A stretch of DNA of 64,000 nt from Flavobacterium sp. (GTDB lineage Bacteria; Bacteroidota; Bacteroidia; Flavobacteriales; Flavobacteriaceae): contig NZ_DATDPV010000009.1 of assembly GCF_035292545.1 (NCBI RefSeq), positions 24,239 through 88,238 of the forward strand, written 5' to 3'. The notes under the pieces are model-generated. The model did not search any database. It had not been told where the DNA came from and worked only from the letters and a program-made list of their open reading frames with translations. Shown here piece by piece: positions 60,715 through 64,000 of the stretch (within the stretch, counting starts at the first letter, position 1; each line of letters starts with the position of its first letter). The position numbers and the translations under genes were made by a program.

Positions 60715-62508
60715 ATGTTTATTTGGAATCAAGGGGACTTAAATAGCGAACAAGAATCTGCTATTCATGAAGATGGAAGCATTCTATTAATTGCATGTCC
60801 TGGCAGTGGAAAAACTAGAACATTAACTTATAAAATTGCTTACGAACTTTCAAAGTTACAATCAGGAAAAGAATTTGTCATTGCTATTACATATACAAAT
60901 GCTGCGGCAGATGAAATTAAAGAGCGTGTAGAACTCCTTGGAGTAGATATTTCCCAACTATGGATTGGTACAATACATTCATTTTGCACAGAATGGATTT
61001 TAAGGCCTTATTCCCTTTATATTGAAGAACTTAAGCATGGATTTAAAATTTTAAATTCTCATGATTCAGAAGAAATTTTAAATACCCTTTGTTCTAAATC
61101 TGACAACCCTAAAATAAATTACTACGATTGTCAATTTTTTGCTACTATTAATAAGTACAAAATAACCTCTCTCGAAGAACATAAATATTCTTCAATAAGA
61201 TCAGTATTGTATGAATATTTTGAAATTCTTAAACAAAATAAGCAAATAGATTATGAGCAAATACTTCATTATTCTTATAAAATTTTAAAAAACAACCCCA
61301 TAATTTGTTCAATACTTTCCAAAATTTTCCCTTACATTTTAATCGATGAATATCAGGATACAAAAGAAATTCAATATCATATTATATTTTCAATAATAAA
61401 AACGGGTGTGGGACATACAAAATTATTTATTGTTGGTGACCCAAACCAATCAATTTATGATACTCTTGGCGGGTATCCCATGCCAAAATCTGAAATGGAA
61501 GAAATTATAAATATCTATTTGGTTGAAAAACATTTAGAGAGTAATTATCGTTCATCTTCAAAAATTATTGGATATTTTGATTATTTTAAAACGTATCCTA
61601 ATAGAATAAATCCTGCTGGTAATTCCGCTAACTATAATAGTATGATAACTTTTAATCGAATTATAAATCATTCGATATTAGAAGATGAAATTGTTAGATT
61701 GATACTGGACAGTATAAAAAATAAAGGAATTCAGCCAAATGAAATTTGTATTGCAGCTCCCCAATGGATTCCTTTAGCAAGTCTAACAAGGAAGTTAATG
61801 GTAAGATTACCAGATTATAGTTTTGATGGACCTGGTATGGCTCCCTTTTCTAGAGACATTGATAATTTTTGGTTTAAATTATCCAGAATAGTTTTGACTG
61901 AACCATCACCTAACTTATACATAAGAAGAATTCGATGGGCAAAAGAAGTATTGACTGAATTAACTTTTGTTGGAGCTACTATCGATGAGATTTTGCCTAA
62001 GGATCTTTTAAGAATATGTAATTCTATTATAATTGAGGAAGAGGATGGATTAAAATATCTTAAACAAATATTTGATGGAATATTAAATCAATTGAAAATC
62101 AATATTTCAGTTTTTCCTTCATTAATTGAACACTATCAATCATTTTTTAGTAGTTCAGAAGCAAGAATTGCAAGATTACAGAAAGAAGGAAATGAATTCA
62201 TTGGATCTATTGAAAATTTTAAAAAAGTTTTCAAACAACGAGAAGGAATTAAAATATCAACAATTCATGGAGTAAAAGGAACTGAATATGACGTTATAAT
62301 TGGGTTTGGATTATTACAAAATTGGGTTCCTCATTTTAATGATTCCAATGGTGTAATCAATTCAAAGAAAATGCTTTATGTTTTAGCTTCTAGGGCGCGG
62401 AAACATTTGCATATCATTTCTGAAAGTGGAAGAAACATAAACAGGTATAATCCTCGTGGGTTGCAACCAACCTCTCATTTGGTAAAATATATATACGAAT
62501 ACGACTAA
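60715..62508 (+). CDS. gajB: UvrD-family helicase (Gabija B)
   Basis: ACPGSGKT, TYTNAAA, TIHSF, DEYQD, VGDPNQSIY, NYRS, STIHGVKG.E, YVLASRA. Confidence 0.88.
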   Translation: MFIWNQGDLNSEQESAIHEDGSILLIACPGSGKTRTLTYKIAYELSKLQSGKEFVIAITYTNAAADEIKERVELLGVDISQLWIGTIHSFCTEWILRPYSLYIEELKHGFKILNSHDSEEILNTLCSKSDNPKINYYDCQFFATINKYKITSLEEHKYSSIRSVLYEYFEILKQNKQIDYEQILHYSYKILKNNPIICSILSKIFPYILIDEYQDTKEIQYHIIFSIIKTGVGHTKLFIVGDPNQSIYDTLGGYPMPKSEMEEIINIYLVEKHLESNYRSSSKIIGYFDYFKTYPNRINPAGNSANYNSMITFNRIINHSILEDEIVRLILDSIKNKGIQPNEICIAAPQWIPLASLTRKLMVRLPDYSFDGPGMAPFSRDIDNFWFKLSRIVLTEPSPNLYIRRIRWAKEVLTELTFVGATIDEILPKDLLRICNSIIIEEEDGLKYLKQIFDGILNQLKINISVFPSLIEHYQSFFSSSEARIARLQKEGNEFIGSIENFKKVFKQREGIKISTIHGVKGTEYDVIIGFGLLQNWVPHFNDSNGVINSKKMLYVLASRARKHLHIISESGRNINRYNPRGLQPTSHLVKYIYEYD

Positions 62509-62521
62509 AAAAAACAAAAAA

Positions 62522-63427
62522 ATGTCAAAATCAAAATCACAACAAATAGCAGAAAAAACCATTTTTGCAACCTTTAAAATATTGAAAGAGGCGGGGGGAG
62601 AAATGCGTGGTAAAGATGTCGTAGATAAAATTAGAGAAACTATCACTTTTGATGAATATGAAAGTCACCGCTATGAAAAAACTGGTTACATTAGATGGGA
62701 ATCAATATTGCATTTTTATACTATTGACTGTATGAAAGCTGGCTTTTTACGAAAAAACAAAGGTACTTGGATACTTACAGAAGAAGGCGAAAAAGCCATA
62801 AAACTAGGACAAGAAAAATTACTGGTAACAGCTACAAAACTTTATCGTGAATGGGATGGTAAAAGAAAAAAAGGAGCTATTGAAGAGGGTATTCTTGAGG
62901 AAGATATTACAGAAGTTAACACGAGTCAAGCACAAAAAGCAATATTAAGCCAATACGAGGAAGAAGCCTATAATGGAATTAGAAATTTCATTGTCAGTAA
63001 AAACCCTTATGAATTTCAAGATTTAGTGGCGGGATTATTAATAGCAATGGGCTACTATATTTCTGAAATAGCACAACGTGGCCCAGACGGAGGAATTGAC
63101 ATTATAGCTTTTACAGATCCTTTGGGAACTAAACAGCCTCGTATCATAGTGCAAGTTAAACATAGACCTAATGATAATGTTTCCTCCGATGAAGTGCAAA
63201 AATTAGCTGGAACGTTAAAAAGAAATACTGATGTTGGAATTTTTGTTACTTCTGGTACCTTTTCAAAACCTGCAATAAAAGAAGCCAGAGAATCGAGAGA
63301 GCATATCGAATTGATTGACTTCAATCGATTGACTTCTTTATGGCAAGAGTACTATGTCAAAATGAACGATGAACAAAAAAATCTATTACCCTTACACCCA
63401 ATCTACTTTTTAGGAAGTAATGAATAA
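62522..63427 (+). CDS. mrr: Mrr-family type IV restriction endonuclease
   Basis: Winged-helix Mrr_N (W.LTEEG); PYEFQDLVA, DGGIDII..IVQVK, FVTSGTFS. Confidence 0.9.
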   Translation: MSKSKSQQIAEKTIFATFKILKEAGGEMRGKDVVDKIRETITFDEYESHRYEKTGYIRWESILHFYTIDCMKAGFLRKNKGTWILTEEGEKAIKLGQEKLLVTATKLYREWDGKRKKGAIEEGILEEDITEVNTSQAQKAILSQYEEEAYNGIRNFIVSKNPYEFQDLVAGLLIAMGYYISEIAQRGPDGGIDIIAFTDPLGTKQPRIIVQVKHRPNDNVSSDEVQKLAGTLKRNTDVGIFVTSGTFSKPAIKEARESREHIELIDFNRLTSLWQEYYVKMNDEQKNLLPLHPIYFLGSNE

Positions 63428-63436
63428 ACTATTGAC

Positions 63437-64000
63437 ATGCCGAAATTTTTAAATACTAAAGGTCTAATAAACTGGATCCCAAAAATAATAAACGAAACAG
63501 TTAGCGAATTAGTGATAATAACGCCTTATATGCAATTATCTGACAATATCTATAATTGTCTTTTCAATGCAAATAAACGTGGTGTAGAAACCATAATTAT
63601 ATATCGGGAGAACAAATTAACTGATAAAGACAAGACAAAATTATTAGCTCTTGATAATTTAAACTTAATGCACCATCCAAACGTTCATGCAAAATGCTAC
63701 TATAATGAGAATTATTTACTTATTGCATCAATGAACCTTTATGAATATTCTGAAAAGAACAATCGTGAAATGGGTGTTTTATTGCACAAAATTGATATTG
63801 ATGAAGATAACGAAATAGAATCATGGAGAAAACGAAATGATGATGATTCAATATTTGCTGAGGCATTAGAAGAAATCCTTGAAATAAAAAATGGTGCGGA
63901 ACTCGAAAAAATGAGTAGAGAAACCATCGAGGAAGGTTTTGAAATGGAAATTCTAAAAACTAAAAAAGAAAAAGCCGAGGACAGATTAAAGCAATTCAAT
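63437..64000 (+). CDS. PLD-like domain protein (partial, runs off the window; absent from the ORF track)
   Basis: Frame open from ATG 63437 to the window end: IITPY, HAKCYYNE, SMNLYEYS..NNREMGVL. Confidence 0.8.
   Translation, partial: MPKFLNTKGLINWIPKIINETVSELVIITPYMQLSDNIYNCLFNANKRGVETIIIYRENKLTDKDKTKLLALDNLNLMHHPNVHAKCYYNENYLLIASMNLYEYSEKNNREMGVLLHKIDIDEDNEIESWRKRNDDDSIFAEALEEILEIKNGAELEKMSRETIEEGFEMEILKTKKEKAEDRLKQFN

Larger units (their letters stand above)
41889..64000 (+). mobile_element. Integrative element / defence island inserted at the 3' end of icmF (right end outside the window)
   Basis: Integrase-hypothetical-excisionase-replicase-like module followed by TA, RM and anti-phage genes; all genes co-oriented; visibly more AT-rich. 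Confidence 0.85.

Noticed and set aside
1-64000. tRNA, rRNA or IS transposase genes
   Set aside because: No cloverleaf, rRNA-like segment, DDE/HUH transposase ORF or terminal inverted-repeat pair was seen by eye; tRNAscan-SE and ISEScan would settle this

Overview
AT-rich Bacteroidota chromosome, very probably Flavobacterium (pepD, prfA, pyrF, katA and icmF context; TAnnTTTG promoter boxes). Bases 1-41.9 kb are mostly housekeeping, envelope and iron genes, with one variable locus at about 9.1-18.1 kb: an orphan gene between duplicated terminators, and a TPR/MORN plus two-DUF3857 cassette lying between an intact DUF4268 gene and a decayed copy of it. From 41.9 kb to the window end is an integrative element sitting just after the icmF stop codon. 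It carries a tyrosine integrase, a hypothetical gene, an excisionase-like HTH, a 798-aa protein with family-A-polymerase-like motifs, and a 108-bp-period TTGCAA repeat array apparently split by a HipBST-like operon. A dense defence island follows: type I RM with fused HsdM-HsdS, SIR2, HEPN-like, DUF4365 fusion, PLD fusion, Gabija, Mrr and a second PLD protein cut by the window edge. The best candidates for something undescribed are the PolA-like protein with its adjacent repeat array, and the SIR2/HEPN/nuclease genes coupled to the type I RM operon. No tRNA, rRNA or CRISPR array was seen. All family calls come from motifs read by eye; no database search was run.
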